Part shown: piece by piece, positions 1 to 10,311 of the stretch
Layout: the number at the start of each line of letters is the position of its first letter
Numbering within the stretch: position 1 is the first letter of the stretch
From: an uncultured virus (IMG/VR IMGVR_UViG_3300033047_000037)
Taxonomy: Duplodnaviria > Heunggongvirae > Uroviricota > Caudoviricetes
Reading direction: 5' to 3' (one strand)
IMG/VR virus record: IMGVR_UViG_3300033047_000037
Length of the DNA: 64,000 nt
Position numbers and translations under genes: made by a program
The notes under the pieces: model-generated
What the model was told of the DNA's origin: nothing
The model's database searches: none
The model's input: the letters and a program-made list of their open reading frames with translations, nothing else

Positions 1-452
1 CCTCACAGGGAGAAGAAGGATGGTGGAAATGTGGAAAGAGGCACAGAACTAATGGTCCTGCTATCATCGCTCCAAATGGAACAGAACAATGGTGGATTAA
101 CGGTAATAGGCACAGAACTAATGGACCTGCCATTACCGATTCAAATGGAGTAAAACAATGGTGGAAAAATGGAAAACTACATAGAGATGGTGGCCCCGCC
201 GTTACCAATGTAAAAGAGGAAGTAGAAGAATGGTTCCAACATGGAAAAAGGCATAGAGAAGATGGTCCTGCCACTATCTATTCAAATGGCAGAAAAGAAT
301 GGTACCAGAATGGTAAACTTCATAGAATAGATGGACCTGCTGTTACCTTCGTAGATGGAGTTCAAATATACTACTATCAAGATATGGTATCTACAGAAAA
401 TGATATCAAATGGCTTATTCTTATCAATGCTTTGTCGGGAAATATAACATGA
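1..452 (+). CDS. HRxDGPA (MORN-like) repeat protein, 5' truncated by window edge
   Basis: Manual translation of frame 3: repeated W-x-x-x-G-x-x-HRxDGPA units, tail TENDIKWLILINALSGNIT, TGA at 450-452. Confidence 0.85.
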   Translation, partial: SQGEEGWWKCGKRHRTNGPAIIAPNGTEQWWINGNRHRTNGPAITDSNGVKQWWKNGKLHRDGGPAVTNVKEEVEEWFQHGKRHREDGPATIYSNGRKEWYQNGKLHRIDGPAVTFVDGVQIYYYQDMVSTENDIKWLILINALSGNIT

Positions 453-1024
453 CCACAACCACTAAGCAAATTCCGCGCAAAACAGAAGGAACTTCCGGCA
501 TAAGTGGAAGCGGTGTAAAATCATGGAAGAACAAAAACTGTCAACTTCATAGAACAGATGGACCTGCCGTTATCTATCCAGATGGAATCAAGAAATGGTA
601 TATCAATGGAAAACTTCATAGAGAAGACGGACCTGCCGTTACTCATCCAGATGGAGAAAAATCATGGTATCAGAATGGAAGAGTACACAGAATAGATGGA
701 CCCGCTATCATTCATCTAGATGGACAAAAACAATGGTATCAGAATGGTAAGAGGCACAGAACAGACGGCCCTGCTATTATCAAGGCAAACGGAACAAGAT
801 ATTGGTATCAGAATGGTAAGAAACATAGAACAGATGGTCCTGCTGTTATATACTCTTGTGGAGAAAAAGTATGGTATCAGAATGGTAAAGTTCACAGAAC
901 AGATGGGCCTGCCATTATATACTCTTGTGGAACTCAAACATACTACTATGAAGGTATGAGATCTACAGAAAATGATATCAGATGGTTCATGGTTATCAAT
1001 GCCTTGTCGGGAAATATAACATGA
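449..1024 (+). CDS. HRxDGPA repeat protein
   Basis: ~22-aa repeats; ATGA overlap with upstream paralog places the start at 449. Confidence 0.85.
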   Translation: MTTTTKQIPRKTEGTSGISGSGVKSWKNKNCQLHRTDGPAVIYPDGIKKWYINGKLHREDGPAVTHPDGEKSWYQNGRVHRIDGPAIIHLDGQKQWYQNGKRHRTDGPAIIKANGTRYWYQNGKKHRTDGPAVIYSCGEKVWYQNGKVHRTDGPAIIYSCGTQTYYYEGMRSTENDIRWFMVINALSGNIT

Positions 1025-1701
1025 CCACAACCGCTAAACAAATTCCGATTAAGATAAAAACATGGAGAAACGATAAGGATGAATTCCATAGAGAAGATGG
1101 TCCTGCCGTTACTCATGCAGATGGAACAAAGGAATGGTATCAGCATGGAAAGAGACATAGAATAAATGGTCCTGCCATTATCTGGCCAGATGGCACTCAA
1201 AAATGGCTCCAGAATAATGAAAGACACAGAACAAATGGACCTGCCGTTATCGATGCAGATGGAACTCAAACATGGTACCAGAAAGGACAACTACACAGAT
1301 TAGATGGTCCTGCCGTTACCTATCCAGATGGGAAAAAAGAATGGTATCAACATGATGAGCTTCATAGAGATGATGCTCCTGCCGTTACTTATTCAGATGG
1401 AACAAAACATTGGTACCAGCATGGTATACTTCATAGAGATGATGGACCTGCTCTTACTAATACAAACGGAACAAAAGAATGGTGGAAGCATGGTAAACTA
1501 TACAGAACTGATGGTCCTGCTATCATCGCTCCAAATGGAACAGAACAATGGTATCTAAATAACAAATTTCATAGAACTGATGGACCTGCTGTTATCTATC
1601 CAGATGGAACTCATAGATATTACTATCAAGGTATAATAGCTACGGAAAACGATATAAAATGGCTTATGGTTATCAATGCTCTAACGGAAAATAAGATATG
1701 A
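1021..1701 (+). CDS. HRxDGPA repeat protein
   Basis: Same repeats and C-terminal tail; ATGA overlap. Confidence 0.85.
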   Translation: MTTTAKQIPIKIKTWRNDKDEFHREDGPAVTHADGTKEWYQHGKRHRINGPAIIWPDGTQKWLQNNERHRTNGPAVIDADGTQTWYQKGQLHRLDGPAVTYPDGKKEWYQHDELHRDDAPAVTYSDGTKHWYQHGILHRDDGPALTNTNGTKEWWKHGKLYRTDGPAIIAPNGTEQWYLNNKFHRTDGPAVIYPDGTHRYYYQGIIATENDIKWLMVINALTENKI

Positions 1702-1934
1702 GTAAAACATGCTACATAACGAATGAAGATGGAGAACTACATAACGTAGATGGTCCCGCTGTTATCTATACCAACGGAAACAAAGAGTGGCGGGTCAATG
1801 GGAAACTTCACAGAATATATGGACCCGCCGTTACTCTCGTAGATGGAAGAGAATTCTATGTCATCAATAATGTAGAAATGCCAAAACAAGAACATCAATG
1901 GTTGATGCTCAAGCGAATAAACGACAAGGTATAA
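1698..1934 (+). CDS. Short HRxDGPA repeat protein
   Basis: Two repeats (HNVDGPA, HRIYGPA); ATGA overlap. Confidence 0.8.
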   Translation: MSKTCYITNEDGELHNVDGPAVIYTNGNKEWRVNGKLHRIYGPAVTLVDGREFYVINNVEMPKQEHQWLMLKRINDKV

Positions 1935-1935
1935 A

Positions 1936-2322
1936 ATGTTCGACATAATCACCATTATCACTATCTCAGTATGCCTAGGCTTACTACTGCTAGTAAGAAT
2001 AATAGATTCCGTACTGAACCAACGTGCAATTGAACGACGGAAAAATATAACATTGCCCTCAGATGACTATGATGATGAACAACTAAAAGAATCCCTAGAG
2101 AAAGCCTTCCCAGAACCCACTTACAAACGACTTTCTAATGAGAATGAACAATGGCTCTATATCATCAATAATTTCGCGCACATCAAAGAACCAGACACAG
2201 GAATAAAAATAAACCCAGGAATAGAAGTATTTCCACCGCTTCCACCAGAACCACCAGCGCTAAGACAAAGACACAATCCAGCCTTCCTAGTCCGATTACC
2301 AACCAGAACAGTACGAGGATAG
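1936..2322 (+). CDS. Hypothetical membrane-anchored protein
   Basis: N-terminal hydrophobic helix; tight packing. Confidence 0.7.
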   Translation: MFDIITIITISVCLGLLLLVRIIDSVLNQRAIERRKNITLPSDDYDDEQLKESLEKAFPEPTYKRLSNENEQWLYIINNFAHIKEPDTGIKINPGIEVFPPLPPEPPALRQRHNPAFLVRLPTRTVRG

Positions 2323-2329
2323 TAAACCC

Positions 2330-2800
2330 ATGAGTAATGATGAACGACCCAGTAATGACACAACCAAGAATATCATGATGGTCATGATGGCATGCAATGG
2401 ATGGGATAACTGCTATACGACCTCTGTTGACCATAACGGAACAGAACTACTACGATTCCATAACGGAAACCCAGATGAAGAACAAATACCACAGCTTGAC
2501 CCCAGAGATGATACCGACTCAGCACTCAAACTGCTAGGTTGGCTGCTCTATAATCAGAAATGGGTTCTCAATAACCCCTCAGGCTTCCAATGGGAACTCA
2601 CAGACTATGAGACACAAGGACCAAGAGGCTCTATGCCTCTCGTAGGTCAAAGCTTCAGATATGCTATAACCAATATCGCAATTGAAACCATCGGAGAACG
2701 ATGTGCCTGCTGCGGAGAAACACTCAAACCAGGAGACCATGATGTCTATGGTGGACCAAAAGTACACGACTCCTGTATGAAAAGAGAACTAGAAAACTAA
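2330..2800 (+). CDS. Hypothetical protein with C-terminal Cys/His cluster
   Basis: CACC...HDSC; operon packing. Confidence 0.7.
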   Translation: MSNDERPSNDTTKNIMMVMMACNGWDNCYTTSVDHNGTELLRFHNGNPDEEQIPQLDPRDDTDSALKLLGWLLYNQKWVLNNPSGFQWELTDYETQGPRGSMPLVGQSFRYAITNIAIETIGERCACCGETLKPGDHDVYGGPKVHDSCMKRELEN

Positions 2801-2852
2801 TTTCGCGCACCAGAAATATCCAACCCAAAGAAACACCACCAGGACCACCAGA

Positions 2853-3065
2853 ATGACGATATCACCAGTATACCCCAGAGATGGAGAAACTCTCACAAAC
2901 ACTCACAAACATATACTATCTCTACCAGCCTATAAACAACAACACCTACAAGAGTATATACAAATGTCCTACAAACTAAGAGACCATAAAAGAAATCAAC
3001 TGCTGTCCCAAACATTAGAAAATAATCAAGAACAATGGAACGCCATACAACAGTATATTGGATAA
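2853..3065 (+). CDS. Hypothetical protein
   Basis: ORF track, co-oriented. Confidence 0.5.
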   Translation: MTISPVYPRDGETLTNTHKHILSLPAYKQQHLQEYIQMSYKLRDHKRNQLLSQTLENNQEQWNAIQQYIG

Positions 3066-3267
3066 TGATATGTTCTCGAATGACCCCATATTCCTGCTCA
3101 CCAAAGCTGTTCAAAAAGCAAACAATAGAAAACATGATGTAGAAAGAATTAAAACGTTTACCAATCTCTTTGTCACCGGAGCCCTCTCAAGTCATGAAGT
3201 CTACAAACTAATCTGTAAACAAGGACTCGAAAATCTACACCAAGAAATTATACGAGAAAATAAATGA
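3058..3267 (+). CDS. Hypothetical protein
   Basis: ORF track, overlaps neighbours. Confidence 0.55.
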   Translation: MDNDMFSNDPIFLLTKAVQKANNRKHDVERIKTFTNLFVTGALSSHEVYKLICKQGLENLHQEIIRENK

Positions 3268-3536
3268 TATCCCTCGACTCTCTCTTTCAGGTAGCAAAAC
3301 TTACAAAACAATCCATCGTTGAACAACAAGTAGTTGATGATATATCCAAAAGTATAGAAGAGGCTATCACCAATCTGGATGGAACCACTAAACCCTTTGA
3401 AGAAATCAAAGACCTAGACTTCAGAGAGATAACAGGACTAAGAAGCCCAACCCCAGATGAAATGGATGAACATATCCAAAACTATGAAAAATATGTAAAA
3501 AGAACAAGCCGATTCACTCAAGAGAATATCAAATGA
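3264..3536 (+). CDS. Hypothetical protein
   Basis: ATGA overlaps at both ends. Confidence 0.65.
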   Translation: MISLDSLFQVAKLTKQSIVEQQVVDDISKSIEEAITNLDGTTKPFEEIKDLDFREITGLRSPTPDEMDEHIQNYEKYVKRTSRFTQENIK

Positions 3537-3561
3537 TACCACTCGATGCTCTGTTCCAGAT

Positions 3562-3646
3562 AGCTCACACTCTTCGAGCGGAGAGAGAAGCTCACACTCT
3601 TCGAGCGGAGAGAGAAGCTCACACTCTTCGAGCGGAGAGAAGCTCA
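3562..3646 (+). repeat. 27-bp tandem repeat x3 (AGCTCACACTCTTCGAGCGGAGAGAGA; third copy lacks 2 nt)
   Basis: Units start at 3562, 3589, 3616. Confidence 0.95.
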
Positions 3647-3900
3647 AATCACCAAAGCTACTAAGCCCAAATCCATTGCTGATAGGTTTACCGAACCTTT
3701 GTCTACTGATTAACTAAAACGATTCACAGAGACCATCAAGAGGTCATCCTACTCTGTTGGAAAATTCAATACAGCAGTACAAAAGAATATACCTATCCCT
3801 AACACTGGATGGGACTGGGACTGATTAGAATATGTTCCCAAAGTATACTCATAGACGACTTTCAATGCAGGATCTAATCAACCCTTGCACTGATTATCCC

Positions 3901-4007
3901 TTACACTGTTCCACTACTTCATAGTAGAAAACGTTACACTGTTCCACTACTTCATAGTAGAAAACGTTACACTGTTCCACTACTTCATAGTAGAAAACGT
4001 TACACTG
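3901..4007 (+). repeat. 33-bp tandem repeat x3 plus partial (TTACACTGTTCCACTACTTCATAGTAGAAAACG)
   Basis: Units at 3901, 3934, 3967; internal inverted repeat CTACT-N4-AGTAG. Confidence 0.95.
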
Positions 4008-5263
4008 AATGACTATCAAATAACCCTTACACTGCTCACTCTACGAGAGAGACACGAACGAGTAGCGAATGGCTCTTACACTGAATGAGGAATAAGCTGG
4101 TATTATTCATTTGTTAGAAACCCTTACACTGAATGGGAATAAAAGGGTTACACTGAATGGAAAACCTACTTTACGGGTTGTCATGGTCGATTGTCCCACT
4201 ATGTCCCACTCTCTCCCACAGGAAACTTTAGATGTGCGTTTAGACTCAACAATAGGATGTCTTTATATTACAACTGCAATATTTTCTAATAAGTTTTATT
4301 AGTTTTCCTGTTATTAAGTTATTCACATGCCAGAAACCCGTATTACCTAATAGTTAACATACCGATATATAACTAGTACGTTACTTGTTTAGAATAGGAA
4401 ACTTTATAATGAAATTGCGTGGCATTCATATCAGGGGCAAATCCTCATTGAGAGACATTTCTTTGGACTTCATGACCGAAGACGGGGAAATGTTACCACA
4501 ATCAATCCTGAGGGGTAATTTGGGTACGGGAAAGACATTGATTCTACAGCTAGTAGCTGCTGCGTGGTCACGTTCGGTCTTGAGCCATCCAAACTTGGAG
4601 ATGGCATTGGATGCAGACATGGTACGAGTGGACTTCCAGGTTGGCGCTGAGATAGCTTCGGTACATATACGGAATGGCAGGATAGAGCCATCAGACGTAT
4701 TAGCAAGGGCTGCTGACGTTGAGGTTGGCGAGGGAGGACAGCGGGTACATCATGGTATTGTTTATTACTCGGTCGCCAGGGGCGGGTACGTCGAGTTCAC
4801 CAATCTAGAAAGATCGGTGCCTGATGGTATTCAGCGATGTTTACCAGTCATCTATGATTTACAGATGCGTGACATCAGGGATTCGGTTGTTCTTATCGAT
4901 GATTGGGACATGGGTTTAGATGATTCTGCGCGAAAATCTTTTTACAACCATATATCACGTCATGCTCATAATAGTGGGAATCAGTTGATTTTATCATCAG
5001 CGGCGAAAGCACCAGGGTTTTTTCCATCTCGCGGCATTCACGAACTTGAGGGTGGCTTAGATATTATAAGCGAATGTTTGAAACTTTTAGCAGAGGTAGG
5101 TGGGGGTACTTAATTAAACACGAAGTGTTTAATAAGTAACAAGTCCAGGAAACCTTACACTGAATGGGAAGTTCCTAGCATGTGAGTAGTTATTAAGTTT
5201 ACCGGCATAAAGATCTCTGACACTGAATGGGTTGCACTGAATGGGAAGGCTTGCACTGAATGG
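4000..5263 (+). repeat. Two clusters of CACTGAATG motifs (4000-4160 and 5155-5263) flanking the ATPase gene
   Basis: About four copies per cluster, read directly. Confidence 0.85.
4409..5113 (+). CDS. ABC/AAA-type P-loop ATPase
   Basis: Walker A GNLGTGKT; Walker B/D-loop-like VLIDDWDMGLD. Confidence 0.75.
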   Translation: MKLRGIHIRGKSSLRDISLDFMTEDGEMLPQSILRGNLGTGKTLILQLVAAAWSRSVLSHPNLEMALDADMVRVDFQVGAEIASVHIRNGRIEPSDVLARAADVEVGEGGQRVHHGIVYYSVARGGYVEFTNLERSVPDGIQRCLPVIYDLQMRDIRDSVVLIDDWDMGLDDSARKSFYNHISRHAHNSGNQLILSSAAKAPGFFPSRGIHELEGGLDIISECLKLLAEVGGGT

Positions 5264-5313
5264 GCCATTGGGCATGTGAATCAAAGATATTGGTAGGCCT
5301 TTTGGCATGTGAA

Positions 5314-6036
5314 TCAACGATCTTCGTATGTTTTCATGACATCTCGGAGTTCTTCAGCGTATTCATCTCTTTTGGATTCTACGGTAATTTTCCACGGCAT
5401 GCCCCAATGCAGTCTAAGGAGATTCTCAACAAGCCTAGCCATGGAGTTGTTCTGATCCTCAAAAGGCTTGATGGCAGCCAGCTTCAACGACATCTCATAA
5501 GCCTTGTCAACGAAGAGTTCGGCTGTATCATATGAGAGCGCAGTTCCTCTGATTTCGTGCATATGTTTGTTTTCGAACTCGTTAAGTTCATTAGCCCATT
5601 CCATAACAAGTTCTCTAATATGATATTGATTTGGCGCGGAAATAGTTCCGAAGGGTGATTCGGTTGTTTGTGCTGTTTGTCTAAATTCTCCTATTTGGCT
5701 GAGTTTGATAATTCCGGAGTCAAGAGCGAGGGCACCGAATTCGGCTAGCGACCTGGTTAGGTTTCTATGAAGTCTTTTGAGCCAGGGCAGGACGGTATCG
5801 AGTTCGAACACGTTATTAACTTTTGGCAGGAGATTTTCATCATCAGCGATCTGAAAGATCAGTGCAAGTGATTTTCCATGACCTGCGACATATGGGTCGG
5901 AGTCCGGACCAATAGATCGGTGCAAGGTTCTTTCGATGGTCTCACGGTTGGTTGGAACTCGGTCGAGTCTCAGCGAATGGTAGACGAAGGCGACGAGGAC
6001 ATCTTTTTCTGGCTCGGGGTAGTTGGGCATATCCAT
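5314..6036 (-). CDS. Fic/Doc-fold protein with degenerate motif
   Basis: IKPFEDQNNSMARL resembles HPFxDGNGRxxR; upstream GEFRQ. Confidence 0.65.
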   Translation of the reverse strand: MDMPNYPEPEKDVLVAFVYHSLRLDRVPTNRETIERTLHRSIGPDSDPYVAGHGKSLALIFQIADDENLLPKVNNVFELDTVLPWLKRLHRNLTRSLAEFGALALDSGIIKLSQIGEFRQTAQTTESPFGTISAPNQYHIRELVMEWANELNEFENKHMHEIRGTALSYDTAELFVDKAYEMSLKLAAIKPFEDQNNSMARLVENLLRLHWGMPWKITVESKRDEYAEELRDVMKTYEDR

Positions 6037-6327
6037 TCAATCGGCACTTTCGGCAAAATTGATCGGTGCTACGCCTCGTTTCTCTCGACATAGAAGAGAG
6101 AAAGAGAAAGATCGGTGCAAGTGGGGGCTCTTCGAGTTGACGCAATCAGGTGAAGACGCTATACTCTGTCGAGTGGTCTTCGGATATCCCACCACACAAA
6201 GTTGTGTCAAAACCTAAAAAGCGGAAAGTGAAGAACATGCTGGTGAATGAGGGTTAGGCAATACTAGTGAAAGCAAGGACGTTGAGATATTGCGTTCACG
6301 GATGACAGAAAATACGGAGAATACGTT

Positions 6328-7080
6328 ATGATCAAGCGAGGCGAGAACGTCAAGGCGGATACTTATTATGCTCATGCTGTGGAAGCGACTACGCCCACGT
6401 CGCAGCGCCCAGATTCAGTTACAAGACGTGATGGACGATCGCAGAAAGTCCGCCGGCATCATTTGACGGAAGATGTACTAGACCGCAAGATGGTTGAGAT
6501 GAAAGCTGCTGGACGCTGGATTGGTCCCTTCAATAGGTGGAAGACATATTGGGCGATTACGGAGGCGTTGTACCAGTTAGGCCCAAATGAGAGTCATCTT
6601 TTCGGCGCGGTTTTTGCGAAAGTAGAAGAGTTGATGTCTGATGAGTCGTCGAGAGATGCCAAGGAGATGACAGCTTGGGCACGATTTGCAGACAAGGACG
6701 CAAGGAACGAGAGCAGCGGCAAGGACGTACTAGGTCGCCTATGGGACTCGATAAGGGTTCTCCAGCGTCTTGGCGGAGCGAATCCTTATGGTCTCAAGCT
6801 GGCTCAGCTTGGGGCTTGCATCAACATCTACGGCGACTCTGATGAGCCGTACATCGAGTTGAAGATTGGAATTCTAGCGGGGCATGATGTATCTCCTATC
6901 AATGAAACTCGTTCTCGTCGCTATCCCAGGACCGTTGCTTCGGTCCCTTCAGGGTATAAGGCTGAAGGCGGACTGCATGTGATTAGTCTGGGAGAGATTG
7001 GAGATCCCAACGCATCATCTATACAGCCAATGACTATCGCTCAAGCTGTTGAAGAATTGGAACAAACAGCCCCCGAATAG
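6328..7080 (+). CDS. Hypothetical protein
   Basis: 250 aa ORF with GGAG RBS. Confidence 0.8.
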   Translation: MIKRGENVKADTYYAHAVEATTPTSQRPDSVTRRDGRSQKVRRHHLTEDVLDRKMVEMKAAGRWIGPFNRWKTYWAITEALYQLGPNESHLFGAVFAKVEELMSDESSRDAKEMTAWARFADKDARNESSGKDVLGRLWDSIRVLQRLGGANPYGLKLAQLGACINIYGDSDEPYIELKIGILAGHDVSPINETRSRRYPRTVASVPSGYKAEGGLHVISLGEIGDPNASSIQPMTIAQAVEELEQTAPE

Positions 7081-7158
7081 CTATTCACATGCTAGACCAT
7101 CGGTATCGTGGTTGATTGAGACGTTTTCAATATCAGCCCTTTACCCTTGGAGCAAATC

Positions 7159-8556
7159 ATGGCAAAGAAAACCCCCAAATCAGGCACCCGTCGAGGGCGC
7201 AAAGCCGATGCGATTCAATTCATCGCACCGACGATTCCGAACGACCACATCATTCGTGATGCGATTGCTATGGGTTTGTCCACTTCTGAGGATAGCGCAG
7301 CAATTCGTACCATTCTCCAGCGTCACCCCCAGAATGTCGATACCATTCTCGATTCCGATGAGCGTGCGGGTCGTCAAGCAACTCTCATTGCTGAGGGTCG
7401 GATGAACAATGTTCTTACTGACAAGGATAGAGTTGAGCGGGTCTTAGACTTCGTTCGCCAGTCATCGTCCGAAAAGGGCGAGCGCGAATGGCTTTCGCTT
7501 CTCTCTCCTGACCGCCAAACTCTGGTAGATATTGAGAGCTATCGTAAGCTCTTATTGAAGCGCCTGAATGAGCAGATTCGTGCGGTACGGCGCAAGGTTC
7601 GTGACCAGAGCAAGCGCGAGAAAAGTCGTATGGCTGAACATATGGCTGACAGCGATGGAGTTGCTCTTTCGATATCGTGGGTAGAAGCTGCTGAGGATAT
7701 CGAGGAAATTGAGCGCATCCCTACTGGCAATCAATTGATGGATATATTCTTTGGCTATGATGAAATTGAACAAGCCGATGGTTCTTTCATCAAGATTGGT
7801 GGCATAACTTCGGGTCATACTTACATTGTTGGCGCAGAGCGTGGCATGGGTAAGACTCGTTGGCTTGTTGACTTGTTTGGTCGCTTATGCGGCGCACCTA
7901 CAACTGATATGCACGGTCGTATGGTTGGCGGTATGACAGGTCTTTACATTCAAGGCGAGGAAACACCTGCTAGATTCGCTTCCATGTTTGCCGATGGAGT
8001 ATGGGATGAGAAGGTCCACGATGTTCACTTGTCAAGTAACGCCGTATTTATGACTCAGCATGAGTCCCTGATTCGTCAACTTCGACCTGATATCGTAGTC
8101 ATTGATTCCAAGGATATCATGGAGGATTGGCGTCATCCGGCGCAGGCAAAGCGCAATGCCAAGATTTACAATCGTTGGGCCGTTGAATACGGATTCGTTC
8201 TCTTTGTTATCTCTCATGTCAATGCTGAGGGCAAGATCAAGGGCGGTACAGACTTGCCCCATATGTTCCGAGCAGAGATTACTGGAGCTAAGAACGAGCA
8301 TGATCCTTCAATGTTCCACTTCCTTATGAACAAGAATCGTGGTTCGGCAAGCGGTGGAGTCCTCCACTACAAGCATGGACCTGATACTGTCCACATTGTT
8401 GACCCTTCATCGGGCGGCAATATCATCAAGACTGAAATGTCTCCAGATGCGAAGCTTCTCTCGGGCATGGTTCAAGCGGTTACAGATTCAGTTGGAACTT
8501 CAAGCGGCATGCTGTCGAGTATTCGTGAGGCTACGACTCGGGCAACTGGAGGATAA
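7159..8556 (+). CDS. RadA/Sms-like RecA-superfamily ATPase
   Basis: GAERGMGKT, LYIQGEE, VVIDS, SHVNAEGKIKGGTDLPHM (compare RadA GHVTKEG..GP..LEHM), NKNRG. Confidence 0.75.
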   Translation: MAKKTPKSGTRRGRKADAIQFIAPTIPNDHIIRDAIAMGLSTSEDSAAIRTILQRHPQNVDTILDSDERAGRQATLIAEGRMNNVLTDKDRVERVLDFVRQSSSEKGEREWLSLLSPDRQTLVDIESYRKLLLKRLNEQIRAVRRKVRDQSKREKSRMAEHMADSDGVALSISWVEAAEDIEEIERIPTGNQLMDIFFGYDEIEQADGSFIKIGGITSGHTYIVGAERGMGKTRWLVDLFGRLCGAPTTDMHGRMVGGMTGLYIQGEETPARFASMFADGVWDEKVHDVHLSSNAVFMTQHESLIRQLRPDIVVIDSKDIMEDWRHPAQAKRNAKIYNRWAVEYGFVLFVISHVNAEGKIKGGTDLPHMFRAEITGAKNEHDPSMFHFLMNKNRGSASGGVLHYKHGPDTVHIVDPSSGGNIIKTEMSPDAKLLSGMVQAVTDSVGTSSGMLSSIREATTRATGG

Positions 8557-8759
8557 GGGCCAGGCACTTTCGTCCAAGGGTGGAAACGTCTCAATTTTCC
8601 CTCGGAATAGGACCATCGTCTAACGGCGGTGGTTCTTTTTTCTTTCATAGCGGTTATTCACATGCGATAAGCTCGTTGGCGTGGTATACTGTTAGAGTAC
8701 CGAGCGATGGTTCGTTCGGTCAAGAGTCTAAGCATCCCCACTCTCGGAAGGAAAATGCA

Positions 8760-10115
8760 ATGACAGCAACAACGGCAGTAGCAGAATCAGTAGAATCTGG
8801 CACCATGCACGGAGGTCGATTGTCAATGGCCTCGGACGATCATGGGGTCGAACGTTTTGTGGGCGACAACCGCCCTCTTACATCATCCGATGCGATGGTT
8901 TCTCGAATGATGAATCCCACTGTGGCGCTGAACAAACTCGCCGATGAGGGTTCTGGTCGTTTTGACCTATTGGTCGATTCGGCGAAAGATATCAATTTCG
9001 TACATGATCCCTCGTCTGAGACTGGCGTATCCATTGCTCCCAATCTTGGCGACCTCGCTGACGAGAGTGAGAACGGTGGTCGGTTCAATGCGGCAATTTC
9101 AAGGCGTGGTTCTGTACCTGTTTCAACGGCGGCGATGAATCAGATTTGTACCTTGCTCGGAGTCAAGGGCGGGTGGAAACGCTACGAGAAAATGTCGGGG
9201 CCTGTTTCCAACTTCTTGCGAGACATGAATGCCATGTTTGGCACCAGCACGGGCGAAGCATCGTTCGTTGCTCGTACCAACAGCAAGGGCGACAGCTACG
9301 AAGTCGAAGCATTCTTCGCACCTGATACCGACCGTACCGACCCGACCGTTGTGGTGGGTGGTGCGATGAGAAGTATCATCGAACGGTTTGGCGATAACAT
9401 TCGTGGCGTTGAGTTGCTTCGACACAGCGCCGGCGGCGGCGACTCGTACCGTATTCTCTTTGGAGATCCGGTAATGCAGGAGGGAACAGCCGACCCTACC
9501 AAGCGTCTTTATACGATGCTTGATATTACGATGAGTCATTCTCGTCGCTTCAATCCTTCGGCTTCTCTCGGCCTCTGGCGTCTATGGTGCTTGAACGGCT
9601 GCACGACCAGAGATTGGGATTTGGCATCGTTCAAGGGCGATTCCACGACCACTGGCGACCAGTTGATTGGGGCTATTGAAGGTCTGGTCGATATTGCTTT
9701 CCCTCTCGCAAGCGCGATCGGTTCTCGTTTGCAGGCGCTTGAGACGACTCCGTTGGAAATGCGAGCCAAGGATGTTATCAGCGGCATCCACGGTCGGGGG
9801 CTCATTGGTAATGCTCTACGAGATTCGTTGGAGCGTTCGATGGAGTTTGGCGGCGGCGATGGTAAGTATGATACTGAATGGGATATGTTCAATCTGTTTA
9901 CTGACGTTGCCAAGGGCTCAGGCACTTTGCATAGTCGAGCAAGCAACGAGAACAAGGCTCTACAGTTTGGTATGGCTGACGGCTCATTCTCGGGCGTAGC
10001 TGCTCATGGCTTCAACCGTTCGCAATTCAAGGATTCGATGGACGAGTTGTACCGATCGAATGTTGGCGACCCCAAGACAACTGGCCTCAACGGTCATCGC
10101 GCATTGTCCGCTTGA
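8760..10115 (+). CDS. DUF932-like protein
   Basis: GLWRLWCLNG motif and TEWDMFNLFT. Confidence 0.6.
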   Translation: MTATTAVAESVESGTMHGGRLSMASDDHGVERFVGDNRPLTSSDAMVSRMMNPTVALNKLADEGSGRFDLLVDSAKDINFVHDPSSETGVSIAPNLGDLADESENGGRFNAAISRRGSVPVSTAAMNQICTLLGVKGGWKRYEKMSGPVSNFLRDMNAMFGTSTGEASFVARTNSKGDSYEVEAFFAPDTDRTDPTVVVGGAMRSIIERFGDNIRGVELLRHSAGGGDSYRILFGDPVMQEGTADPTKRLYTMLDITMSHSRRFNPSASLGLWRLWCLNGCTTRDWDLASFKGDSTTTGDQLIGAIEGLVDIAFPLASAIGSRLQALETTPLEMRAKDVISGIHGRGLIGNALRDSLERSMEFGGGDGKYDTEWDMFNLFTDVAKGSGTLHSRASNENKALQFGMADGSFSGVAAHGFNRSQFKDSMDELYRSNVGDPKTTGLNGHRALSA

Positions 10116-10142
10116 GTTAGCGGTCATAATACAAACTTCCAT

Positions 10143-10170
10143 AGTCCCCAGGTGGGGGCTTTTTTATTTG
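10143..10170 (+). terminator. Intrinsic terminator
   Basis: AGTCCCC...GGGGCT stem followed by T-run. Confidence 0.7.
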
Positions 10171-10311
10171 CCAGAATTATCTTGAACTAAGATGGACTAC
10201 TTCTATACTATTCACATGCGATAAGCAACAGGCATCAAGGTATGTCAACGCAACGTCCTGAGCAACGTAGTTTAGGACGAACAGAAACGGCTTACGAAGG
10301 AGGCAATCTTC

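Noticed and set aside
3562..4007. 27-bp and 33-bp repeats as a CRISPR array
   Set aside because: Units are head-to-tail with no unique spacers, and no cas genes are visible.
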